Below are positions 12,540 through 24,049 of a stretch of DNA of 33,569 nucleotides, piece after piece (position 1 is the first letter of the stretch; each line of letters opens with the position of its first letter). The translations under genes were made by a program, and so were the position numbers. The DNA comes from Dicyema japonicum (lineage: Eukaryota > Animalia > Dicyemida), in contig RDEW01000017.1 of NCBI GenBank assembly GCA_011109175.1, forward strand, positions 1,166,539 through 1,200,107. Reading direction: 5' to 3'. The notes under the pieces are model-generated. The model did no database searches and had not been told where the DNA came from. It saw only the letters and a program-made list of their open reading frames with translations.

Positions 12540-13200
12540 TAATGCATTCTTTGGATTGTGACGTTTATAGTAAAATAAACAATAGATTGCCCTGAAAAAC
12601 GTAGTTTCCAAGACCCATTTTTTCACCAGACTGAGTAAGATTATTTTGCAAGAATGGTTATTAGCCACAATGGCTACCAAATGGCCCACACCATAGTAAG
12701 AGAAACACCCCCAGATCATGATATTTTCTAAAATTGAAATTTCAGTAAAACCTTTTCCAAACTTATGAGCTTGCGCGATGAATTCCGGTTTCGAAGAGCC
12801 TTTTGAACTTTTATAAACCATTGCGTTCTAATTTGTCGGTCTCAGTTCAAATGAACATTCGTCAAAAAAGATAAAAGTTCCTCCCATAATCATAAACTTG
12901 TAATAAAAGTTAACGATTTTCGTCTTTCCAGTATGTTTCATTCAACTTTGGTAGACGCCCTGTACCCGGTTTACAAGAAATCCTTCCGGTCTTTTTTGTA
13001 TCTACTGATGAAACTTCCGACAGTTTAAAAGGGGGACAACAGTCTCTCTGGAAATTTGTCTAAGAGACATTTTTTGGTTATGCAGTGCAGTTATTTGACT
13101 TTTTAAAACTTCAGATAAGTGATTTTTTTCTAAAAACTATCGAAAATTATAGGTAAATTAAGAAATTTAAGAGGTGTACAATTTTCTGTGAGCAACAGGA
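12540..13200 (-). mobile_element. Tc1/mariner transposon relic
   Basis: Motifs GRLPKL, FFDECSFEL and IMIWGCFSYYGVGHLV; TIR-like tgttgctcacagaaaattgtacacc on the minus strand at ~13173-13197. Confidence 0.85.
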
Positions 13201-15173
13201 TTCATCACGATGAAAAATTATATTCAAAATAAGAAATAAATCGACGTATAAAATATATTACAAATCAACTTATTAAAAAAATTTGACAGTCTTTCTTGAA
13301 GATATCTTGGTATAGGATCAAACTTCTGAAATTATCTTCAGGGGTCGAAGGCATGTACCCAGTTAAAACAGATGTCTCAAAATAGTTGACACCTCCCGTG
13401 AAACAATTCTCCGCAAGATCTTTCCAATAGACTAAATCTTGTGCCTTGGCATATAATTTTTCGATGACTTTCAGAAGATTGAATTTCATTAATCAAGTTT
13501 TTGCTTTCATCCACCACCTCAATCATCAACTCTAAGTAGGCTATCGATTAAAAGAATAGCCAATTTATGTTAGAGACCATTTGTTACCCAAAGCATATCC
13601 CAGAAGATCAATGCAAACTCCCATGATTGGGTCATAATTATAAGAACTGTAATCACGTTATATCTCATCGGTTTTGTGAGTTAAAAAGGGAAAAATCTCC
13701 ATATTATATAACATTTGCATGATTCATTCGAAATGTATTTGTTGAAGAAAAGTTTGGAGGGAATTTTGTAAATCCAGCAGGGCTTTAAGGTGTTCTTTAG
13801 ACGATGTCAATAAAATTCGTCGAATTGGAGAAACAGACACCTGTCCAGAGTATTCTATCTCTATTAAGTAAGAGCAGGAAATCATTTAGCTTAGATTTGG
13901 CAGAGTCTTTTCTTAGATTAGGATATCTATATTTTTAAGGTTTAAAATTATACCACAATTATTCGTGATGTCAACTGATCTGACATTGAGTTGACAATGA
14001 CGTTCATTTGTTTTCTCCCAACCTAGTCTCTACGTAAAATCGTTTGGTATTTTTAATCACCAACGAACCCCACAAGATCAAATATTTAAATTTTAATCAA
14101 ATAATAAAAATATTTTAATTTTATAAGAATTAAGGCTTAATTATAACTTTCTATTTAATTAATATATTTAGGCACGTGTCTAAGCTAGGAAACTTAAAAA
14201 TTTAGACACTCAAAAAATTAGCCACGTGGTCGGGCCCAGGTGGTCAAGACATGTGGGTACTCCAAATAAATCGGGGCTCATTTGCTATTGAAATATTTAA
14301 AGCAAATTAACAAATAAGCTTATTAAATCAATTTAAAAAATAGCTTTTTAATTTCTAAAACCAAATTATTAAAAGTGTTATTTTGAGCTTAAAACAAGCA
14401 CTTTTTCTGGTCCACGAATAGATAAAGATTCTCCGGGATTTGACCCCACTTGCCCCAACTTTTTTCGGGTACGCACTTGCATATATGTTGCCCCTTTAAG
14501 ACTGGCATACTTGTCCTGACCTTCGGTCCCCCAGGGATCACAAATGAAGACTTTGAGTTTCGTGAAATTTCACTAATATCACCTGTCAAGTGGCGTGACC
14601 TTCAATGCTAATTTCAAAAACTTTCAACTTTAATCATTTCTAGGCATTAATACAAGAACCCAGAGATCCCTGAGATGGGACACTGGGAGACAGCCCACGT
14701 GGGTAAAAAATCAAAACTTTATTTTTTTAAACTGTTAATTTAAACACTTTTCTTCTTACAAATGCAATAATAAACTACTTATTTCAAGTCTCCTAAGCAC
14801 TTTAAATCAAAATAAAAGTGTCCCACAAAAAACTAAAAAGCACGTGGTCAAAAAACTTTTTCAAAAGTGAGATATAATATAACTAAAATTCATTATAATT
14901 GTAAGTAATACTATGGCTACAGTCTGGTTACAATCGGTTACTTCTAGAGGAAGTTTTGGTCGAAAAATGTGGACCTTTTATTGGGGTAACTGACAAATCA
15001 TGTACTCTGAGGTGTTTAATAAGTTATACAGCGTTTTAAATAATGTAAATAAACTTAATTAGCTTTATAAAGATTTTAAGTAATCTCAAGTCAGTCCTAG
15101 ACCTTCAAAATCTTGAGTAATTTGCTTAACATAGTCGATGATCCATGTCCAAATAATCGAAATTGCTTTTCTA

Positions 15174-15276
15174 GGGACCAGATCTCCCAAACTACGGGAC
15201 GGATCAAGCTAATTTTTTCGGAGGAACTATATTAAAGAGAGAAAAAGGGTTTTGAATTTTTTGGGAGATCGGTCCC
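15174..15276. repeat. Short inverted repeat (17-bp arms)
   Basis: gggacc(a)gatctcccaaa at 15174-15191 versus tttgggagatcggtccc at 15260-15276. Confidence 0.7.
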
Positions 15277-15984
15277 AGCTAGCGGGAGATACAGGAACTT
15301 TTGTGATGGTTCAGATATCATTTCGATATTAAAGCAATCTTGACTGAATTTAATATGCGGAATTTATTAACTTTACTAAAGTAAAACACATTTGATATTT
15401 TTTTAGGGATCAATCACTTTATTAGTGAGATCCACTCGATGTCTCATAGTGGGGTCAATTTGACCACCTATATCCCCACAATAGCAGATTGGAAGACAAA
15501 AGCTGAATTACTGTTAGAGTCAATGTGGGGAGAAATTGTATTAAAAAGTTATAGAGGTTTGTGCACAAAACACAGAGAATTAGCTGATGACTTAGGATAT
15601 AGAATGGATATAGAATGTATCATAGTGATCTCTAGAATCCTTTTATAATCAAAAAAAATCAGTTTTGACGAAAATTGAAATCAAAGTTCGTTTGATATAA
15701 AACAGAATTTTTAGTAGTCGATCACTAATTTGAAAGGTTATACGAGGAGATTAAGAAAACAAGAGACTTTTCTATATATTTTGTGACCGCAAATTTATAG
15801 AAAACTCATAAAATTAAAAGAAACTAGGGGAATTATGGACGTATGGAGATATTCTAGATAAGTGGGATCCGGTATTGATTTTGACAGAATACATTAAACA
15901 AAAAAATTTATAGATGGACTTCTTCTGACAAGTGGAGGCAAGGCGGGAAAAATCACAACAAAATTTTTCAAAAATTTTAAACTT

Positions 15985-16460
15985 AATCGACATCGTACAT
16001 CGGTAGAGAGGGGTGGTGCCCACATAGTTGACTTGCAAGGTTTACCTGGACGTCCCTCGGAAGAGAGGATTCTGTTGGTCTATTGGAGGCGGGGCCGGTG
16101 TAGTATTTTGTTATCATTGAGTCTTCGGATGCTTCTCGTAGCACAACAAAATCGTGTGTCTGTTTCAGACGAGTCCGATCATTGGTGGTGGAAGAGATGG
16201 ATGATACCATTCGGATGTTGGTTATAATAATCCTTCTTTTGTTTTGTGGTTTGCATAGAAAGTGATAGGGTTGGTCTGAGCTTGGGAGAGGAACTGCATA
16301 GCTCTCATTTCCGAATGGTTTTCAATTAGAAGGATCTTTGATTCCCAATGTAGATGATCAATAAGGGGTTGATTTGAGACATTCAGTAATGTTTGGACTT
16401 TTGTAGTTCGTCGATGCCACTCAACCAGCAAACTTGAAGCGATTAAAGGTAAATAAATAA
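15985..16460 (-). mobile_element. Post-RT C-terminal fragment of an Ingi/I-type retroposon
   Basis: Reads PLIDHLHWESKILLIENH...QFL and PPPIDQQ/ESSLPRDVQVNLA..GHHPSL. The gggcaccac-ctctctacc-a--tacgat stretch matches 30780-30810. Confidence 0.7.
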
Positions 16461-16499
16461 TAAAATAACACAGGAAATATTCGTCTTGATCGTCTGCGA

Positions 16500-16840
16500 C
16501 CCCGTTCACAACGTAATCTTCCACAGGTGTCCTGGAAAGACAACCACTTGCACGTCATCTGAATGTAGAAAATTCTTCCATGGCGGCATTGCAGTGTGTT
16601 TCTTTACCCATCCGTAAAATATGTCCAAAAGACGCCAACGGAATTCAAGTACGTTCAAACTTATTGGTCCACAATTAGTCTGTATAATTTATTGTTTGAG
16701 ATTTTCTTTGTACAATAATATCCAAGGAATTTTCTTAGTTGGCCACTGTGAAATCAGTCGAGTTGTTCCATGACTTTCTTTGACGTTCCCCAAGTACCTG
16801 CGTTGTACAAGAAAACAGTACATACGGCAATAACTATATA
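16500..16840 (-). mobile_element. RTE-like RT C-terminal fragment
   Basis: Reads VFLYNAGTWG...EQLD*FHSGQLRKFLG...CGPISLNVLEFRWRL/FGHILRM across frameshifts. Confidence 0.7.
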
Positions 16841-16896
16841 TATTTATTTTATTTATTTAACCCAAGAACACCAATAGTTAATTTAATTGTATTAAA

Positions 16897-19726
16897 CTAA
16901 TTAGGTGATCCGGCTGCCTCCATCAGGTCTCTCATCTTTCTCCGGTGGACCTTCCGAGATTCAACACAGCTTCTTTGGGGACGGGAGGGTTTTGAAAGAA
17001 AAGCAAGCGCGGTGATGTAAAGTCTTCTAGTAAGACCCAATCCATTGGAGCATTGTAGGAAGTTGGATTTTCGGCACAGAGCGGCGAATCCCTTCCCATT
17101 TTGTCCAATAAGGTCTTCCAGAGAGGTGGGTGTGAGACTGACTGTTCTCACGAGCTTGCCGATAGTTGTAGCTGATAGGGACTGAATATCACTGATTTTC
17201 TGTTTGTTCGTCCAGGATAGGTTGATTCTCAAGACGCACAGGCGTAGCTGATAGATGGCTCAATGAATTGTTTATGTAGTAGTTTCAATGCTGGGAAAGG
17301 GGTTCTGATGCAACCAAAAATAGATTTGATCAAACCAAGCTTTCTTGAAAAGGCTCCGGAGATATATTCGACATGAGAGAAGAAGGTCATGTGCGTGTCA
17401 AAGGCGACTCCTAAGATTTTCAATTTCTTCGTAAAAGGAATTTTAGTTTGATTGATAAATAAATCAACGGTCATTCTTCCAAGACGTTTGTCTGAGGTAA
17501 ATAGGGATGTGGAGGACTTCTCAGGAGATATATCAAGTCTGTTGTAGACTAACCAATTTTGAATCACGTGTAGTTGTTTTTGAACTCTTTCTGAGGCTTT
17601 TAGGAAATCCTGGTCACGAAATCCAATTAGAATGTCATCAGCATAAAAGAGGAGAATATCGTCTTTATCAACTGATCGTGGCATATCAAACATAAAAAGG
17701 TTGAATAAGGCGGGGACGAAGGAGAGCCTTGCGGAACACCATTGGGAAGTAGTCTCGAAAGTGATTTGGTCCCATCCATACAAACCCGGGCCCTTCTCCC
17801 GCTGAGGAAATTCGAAAGCCAGAGTTTTAGATTGAGGTTAATGGAGAGTCCAAATAATTTCCTGGTTAAGATTTTCCTGGAGACAGAGTCAAAGGCTTTA
17901 CGCAGATCCACAGAGCAGACGATGGTTTTAAGGTGACGAGGACTTGAGTTGAAGCCATCAAGGATAAATTGATTGAGAGAAGTAAGGTGGGTGGACGTCG
18001 AATAGAACTTTCTGAAGCCATGTTGAGAGGAACTGAAGGAAAGGGACGGGGAAATGAGATAAAGTACCAGTTTTTCCAATAATTTTGAAAATTAACATAA
18101 TAGAGAAATTGGTCGGTATAAAGCGGGATTGTTTTTGTCCTTGCCAGGTTTTGGTATTGGGCGTATGTGGGAAAGTTTCCAAATCGTAGGGATGGAATTC
18201 ATGTTCAAAGAATAGTTGAAAATAAGTGAGATTACCCCAATAGTAACCGGTCCAAGGTGTTTAAGAAGTATTGAAGGGATGCCATCTGGACCACAAGAGC
18301 GGGAGGGATTTCATCTTCAAGCCTTCGAATACGTTTAAATGAGAAATAAAGGTGATCGGCGGGATTCTTTTAGGTCTATCGAGAACAAAGAGGGTCCATC
18401 CATTTTCTTGAAGGTTTTGTGACTTATACCGGTATGTTTTCTTTAGGGCCAAGTCTTTTTATTGACTTCCAGACCATCTGGGCAGATTTATGAAATGGGA
18501 GAGAGCAGATTCGCTTTTCCCACTTGTTTGCTTCAGCCCTTCTGATCCTTTTTGAAATTTCATCATTGAGAGACTTTGTCTGGGATTTCTGTCCCAGGAG
18601 GGGAGGTACGTGTCTTTTCAAGCGGTTTCTTTCTCTGATTAGTGATTTGGTATTCTGATCCAAAAATTCGTTGTAGTATTTGAACCTTCCACGTGGGATG
18701 AATCTACTACAAGCTTCAAGAATTATTTTGTTCAAATGGTAGACGGCCTCATCAATAGAACGGAATATTTTCAAGTCAAAGCAAAGTAGTGCCTGGTCAA
18801 CATGTTTTGAGTAGCCGTCCCAATTTGCTTTTTTGTAGTTGAAGAATGAAACAGTTGTTTTTGGAAGATAGAGAAATTTTTTGAATCGAATGTTTATTAA
18901 ATTAATCCGTAGCGTACTGTCCATGAAATGTTGGGTCCAAGAGTTGATGAACAGAAAGTGATGTCGGGGGATGTAGATGAATCACCTTTTTTGATTGGAG
19001 TTGTCGTATGCATAGTGGGGCTGTTGAGGATTGACATGGAGAAGAGTTGGTTTATTAGGGATAGTCCTCTTGAGTCAGTTGTTTGCGATTTCAACCAGGC
19101 AGGGTGCTTTGCATTAAAATCCACACAAAGTATTAGGTTTTCTAAGTTGTTTAGTCAGGATAAGTCCTACGAGAATCCTTTCGGGCAAGAGGACGGAGGA
19201 GGGACATATATGTTAGCAATTTTGAAAGTACTCGATCCGTTTGATATTGAAATTCCGGAGATTTCCGTGGTCCCATCGTTAGTTAGCGACTTAAGTTCAG
19301 CGGATATGTCAGAATAACGAAGGTTCTTTCTGATGATGGTAAGAAGGCCTCCACCGAGGCGGTTCGAGGCGGTTCGCGGATGCAGTCAAAACCTGGAAAA
19401 TGAATGGTAGTCGCGGACTGAGTCAACTTGCTTTCTTGAAGCAGGATCACGTCAATGTTTTGGTTGTTTGTGAAGGATCGTAATTCGAGAATTTTGCTCT
19501 TTATTCCGTTGATGTTAATCTGTAGAATTGAAAGTTGGGGACCTGGGTTGAGCTCGATGTCGCCAGAGAGTAGTAGAAGGATCCCATTGAGAGTTGATGG
19601 GAGAAGAGTTGAAGGAAGCCGTCCGAAGGAACCAACTTCGGATGGGGGTGAGCAAATGGTCCTTTTCCTAGGTGCATTATGTGCACCCTGAGCGCCTCCA
19701 GAAACGTTATGACTGGTAGACCACAT
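16897..19726 (-). pseudogene. Disrupted 2A-APE-reverse transcriptase polyprotein (~940 codons)
   Basis: Joins ORFs 19283-19726, 18897-19124, 18424-18924, 17627-18079, 17229-17783 and 16897-17232 through several frameshifts and stops. Confidence 0.9.
19538..19579 (-). other. 2A/StopGo ribosome-skipping motif LLLLSGDIELNPG|P
   Basis: Exact D(V/I)ExNPGP consensus with upstream leucines, placed directly before the APE domain. Confidence 0.9.
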
Positions 19727-19734
19727 GACGCCAC
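19657..19734 (-). ncRNA. Putative HDV-like pseudoknot/ribozyme, copy B (78 nt)
   Basis: P1 GGCGUC/GGCGCU, P2 UGGUCU/GGACCA, P3 CCAG/CUGG, P4 GGUGCA/UGCACC, in HDV strand order and at the exact 5' boundary of the element. Confidence 0.6.
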
Positions 19735-22605
19735 GTTTAACTGTTTAATCTTCTAAACCAAAAAACATTTGCAGTGAAATATTTATTTTTTATTTATTTT
19801 TATTTTAATAAATTATCAAAGACAAAAAAAATTATTAATTAGCAGATGAATATTTATTTTAAACAAGATTTTCAATTATGGCGACTACGTTGAGAAACGT
19901 TGAGTTAGATAAGTAAGCATTTATTTACGTGAAAACTCCAGGCTTAATTTATTGCCAGGGACAAGAGCTGGGAATACCTAAAAACATCGAGCTAAGGTAT
20001 GAGGTTACTGCGGGATCAAGCTGATTTGAAAACAATGTCCAACCTTTCAAAGAGCCTATTTACAAAATCTTACTTAGAAATCCTAAAGACAGCCAAAATA
20101 TTAACTAACAAAGCGTCAAATAAAAAAAGTTCGAATACTCAGTGTACTGTAGCGTTGAGGAAAACGCTAGAGAACACGTTATTATTTATCATTAACCCCA
20201 GTTTTACAAGTCCAGCACAAACAGTCACAACTAATTTTTCCAAGTAAGGTACCCAAGGGAGAATGTCTGCTTGTGCCGACGAAATCCATCCTCCAAATAG
20301 TTCATTACATGCTTCCGTTTCCGAAGAGAGGTGGGGAAGTAGTCCGCCCTTTTCCATTTTCATCACACGCCCTACCGTTGCGGGGATCACTTCATTCTGT
20401 AGCGGAAGAGTTTTCTTCATCATTGTATGCAATAAAGGAAAAAATAGGAAGATCACTCACAACTGATATGTCGTATCAGAAGAACTCGTCGCCTCATGGG
20501 TAGGATCTGTTTGACGAGAATTGACCTTCGCTGAAAACACCATCTTTCAGATTCTAATGTTGGGTCAGAAAGCCAAAAATATGTTTTGCTGTAAAAGCTA
20601 CGTTTCGAAAATATTCCTCATTCTGATAACTGTTAACAGATACTGGCACAAATATTACTTTATATATGGAAATGAATGAAGAGGCCTTAAGAGACTACAG
20701 CTGAAGAGACTGAATAATACATCCCCGAAGCAAAAACCGATAGTAGTAAAAATAATATATTCATGAATCTGAATAAAACTGAATTGCTTCAACAGGTACG
20801 CATAAGATCCATGTACAAGGATATCGTAGGACTAACTACACTAGTTCGTCTTGAGGTGTTACGAATGGGGGTCGCATGGAACTCTGAAGTACAATCGCAT
20901 CAGCTACACTTGGTATATGCAGATTGGATAAGCGAAAAAAAATCCTAATTTATGTTGGGGTTCAAGTTGTAAGATGCCTGGACCTTTGAAGCTGAGATTA
21001 TCGAGAAACAACACTCGGTCCTGAACACATAAGATGTCCTAGGTGAAACCGAAGTAGAAAGAAGCTGTCATACTAGTCTTTGGAGTCTTTCTGGACTTCT
21101 CATAATATGATTTAGTTGACACATTGGAAGGACTTCCCATCAAGGTTCAAAATTGAACGATTCACAAATGTGGTAAGGAGGCTGAAAACCATGATGGTGT
21201 TCCTCCATTCTGAGGACATAACCAGATCTTCTTTGACAAGGTTAGGGTAGTTTAGATTTGGTGCGGTTCAGAAGCGACCTGTAGCAATCCAACGTAAAGA
21301 TCGCGGAGATCTGCCCGCACGAGTTTTCGTCGCTCTTTAAAGAGAAATGCCTTTTATGTGAGGGTTCACATTCATTCAAAAAAGTCATCTGATGCATGTC
21401 GTCGCTAAAATCTTAAGAAAGTGATACATCAAAGGGTGCATAATGAAATACAACTTTCCAGACCTCCATATAGAGTTCTTTCGGGGGTGATCTTGAGGTT
21501 ACTGCCTCTTGAGGAGATAATGAAACAGTAAAATATGGCAATGTTCTCTGGTGTGGACATACCCAGAGATCGAAGACGAAGAAAGAAAAGAAAAAAACCC
21601 ATCTTCTGGTCGTCTAGATAAAAAAAACGACACATCAACGAAGCCGATTGCTTGATACTGCTTGTATAGTCTTGTAAAGTTGAATAGTGTCTGCAGCGGA
21701 GGCGCACAAAGTAGTCACACACTTCCCAGAGTAGAATAGCTTCACTTTCATCAATTTTGGGGGACTTCTTCGTGTTTTTCTAGGACTCTTACTAACTAAT
21801 AAATCAAAATAAAAAATAAAATATGTATGGAAATACTGTCAGATCTGTATAAATGTGCATATATCTGTGAGAAATACGGCACTCTAATTAAGTATATACC
21901 AACTGGAAGAAATCCTATGTGAAGTCTGCTCTACGTCAAATTGAGTAAATGAGAACAAATTAAATACTAAAGTTTATGAGGTTTTTTTCGTTTTCAGAGA
22001 TTCAAAGGTTTCCTGATCAATGGACCAGCATAAAAATTATTATTTTTAAAATTAAAAAAAAGTCATTCTAATAAAGACTTACTGATAGATAATGCATCTT
22101 GTCTGCTTGTATCCAATATTCAAACATCGACATGGTATTTGTTTCAAAAAAGTACGACTTCTTTAATATAGCAATGTATAGCAAGAAATAAGCTTTTAAA
22201 ATGGGATATACTTTAAAAATGAGCACGTGGTTGAAAACAGAACTCGAATCCTACATCAGAAACTACACAGTTTTAAAGCAGATATTGTGCATTCACTAGG
22301 AAAAAACTACTTATTTTGGAAAAATCTCAATATTGGGGAATTTTTGCCCCATTTCCGGGTCGGATTGTTTTTATCCTAAAATCTGTGGGAAGGCCATATG
22401 GTAGTTCCCGCCTCTCAGTACCGATTTCAACTTTTCCCAATGTTTCTTTACCGACGCATTCAATGAGTTATTACTACGATTTTTGACTAAAAACCTTTCA
22501 GATTTTTAACTAAAAAAACTGATCGTCATACAAGAGGATAACAAATTAAAAGACTATAAAAAACCTTGACTTAGTGAAAAGATTTCAAACTAATAAAAAA
22601 TTAGT

Positions 22606-23745
22606 TTGTCTATTAAAATTAACGAGAAAACTGCTCGACGCTACCAACTAATAATTGACATTGTGTATAAAGTTTTGGATCATGCTGCCTCCAATCAGGT
22701 TTATGTTGTTTATCAACGTAAGTTCTTATTTGTACATTCACGGAAAAAGACAGCAAAGACAAAACGTTCCTTAAAGGCAATAAGTTTGGGTAATGATACA
22801 TTGGGAGTGTTTATCAAAGAAAGCAATAAATCTATTGATATATTAATAACTGAAGCGGAACATGATAGGAATTTGGATTTGAAAGATTTGTTGCTTTTTG
22901 GTTTTGCTATTCATTACACTGGGAGTAAAAGTTATATAAATTATCAATTTTAGACTGGTCACTAGTTAAGGATTTATTTAGTCACATACTTATTCAAGTT
23001 CTTTATAATAAATAAAATAAAATCAACAACCAATCTGGCATGGGGATGAACCTTCTTGAACACACAGTCATCACTATACCCAATTGTACAGTCCTGAAAA
23101 AAGTAAATGGGTTGAGTTGTCTGGATGTTATACAAATGATGGAACTAGCGGAACGTCCACAGTTCGAAACACGTGGGATTGGAATATTGATAACTAACCA
23201 CACTGACATGTCTTATTATCAGTTACTAATGAATCAACATTTACCTATTGAAAGTCAGATGTTACATTGTCAGATAATTTGAATGCTGAAATTACACTAG
23301 GAAATGTTCATGATTTGTTTGACGCTGCTGAATGGCTGAGTTTTGTAAATTTTATGATTTTGATAGAATACAATTATAAAAATTCTAAAACAACCGGTTC
23401 TGTATGGAATATCATTGTAAGATTTCGAGAAAGACATTGGAACAAAGAAGACTCAATCTGATTCAGTCTGCATCTCTAATATTGAGTTCTCTAATATAGT
23501 ATGACAGAAAAACTGGGTCATTTACATAAACCATCCTTGGACAGATTCGAATATTACTGCTACAATGAGTTTGTGTGTTTAATCAGTACCCCCAAACCAA
23601 CTCAAGCGAAAATGTAACTATTTAGAGTGTATACCTTAGCATCATAGTTAAATTTTATATCAATGAGAAGTCATTATTTTTGCTTATTTAAAAAAGGAAA
23701 ATTTGAACTACAGAAATTGGTGGAGCGTGTACCCATTCCATATTT
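22606..23745 (+). pseudogene. SNRNP200: Intron-containing pseudogene fragment of the U5 snRNP 200-kDa helicase Brr2
   Basis: Reads NQV..FVHSRKKTAKT...DTLGVF...LKDLL.FGFAIH; LAWG/MNL..HTVI; LDVIQMMELAERPQFETRGIGILIT...LMNQHLPIESQM; DNLNAEITLGNV; YDRKTG; ELQKLVERVPIP. Helicase motif VI is degenerate (GRAGRPQ to ELAERPQ) and there are frameshifts. Confidence 0.9.
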
Positions 23746-24049
23746 GAGAGCATTAAGAGTTATCAGAAATTATATGTGTAATAAAGAAGGTGAATGTATT
23801 ATAACATGCAACATTCTAATTTAAAATTTTCATGGATTTAGCTCAATTTCTGAATAGATTTTTATATTTTGGAATAAAGTCTAGTATGTCCACCAAGATT
23901 CTCTTTGATTAAGGTTATTCACTTAATAATAAAATAATAACAGTTACTTGTATCATTTTTACTCGTGTTGGAGATATTTTATATTCTTTGGGATTATTTT
24001 CCTCGTGGCACCATTAGTGGCATTGAATTTTTAATTTAATGTAGAGTAT

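Larger units (their letters stand above)
16845..19734 (-). mobile_element. Near full-length (~2.9 kb) Ingi/Vingi-like non-LTR retrotransposon (copy B): 5' pseudoknot, 2A, APE, RT, 3' hairpin, (TAAA)n; frameshifted
   Basis: Consecutive ORFs give SGDIELNPGP, LQINING...LLQESKL, NIYVPP, DFNAKHPAW, SPDITF, NYKKANW, PIPKPGKD...RPISL, QHGFRK, VDLRKAFD, GVPQGS, YADD, KILGVAFD. The ORF ends at 16897 and is followed by the tail. Confidence 0.95.

Noticed and set aside
14590-14620. Fourth GTGGCGT start
   Set aside because: No P2/P3/P4 partners and no downstream APE sequence.
16830-16860. Target-site duplication for copy B
   Set aside because: Only low-complexity T/A similarity to 19780-19805, which is not adjacent to the 5' end.
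18928-19691. Plus-strand ORFs 18928-19317 and 19455-19691 (also 10100-10333 and the minus-strand 31647-32180)
   Set aside because: They are antisense shadows of retroelement coding sequence, with no independent motifs.
19880-21780. ORFs 20139-20456 and 21429-21722 as genes or gag-like remnants
   Set aside because: No recognisable motif. The region may be decayed element sequence, but I cannot support a call.
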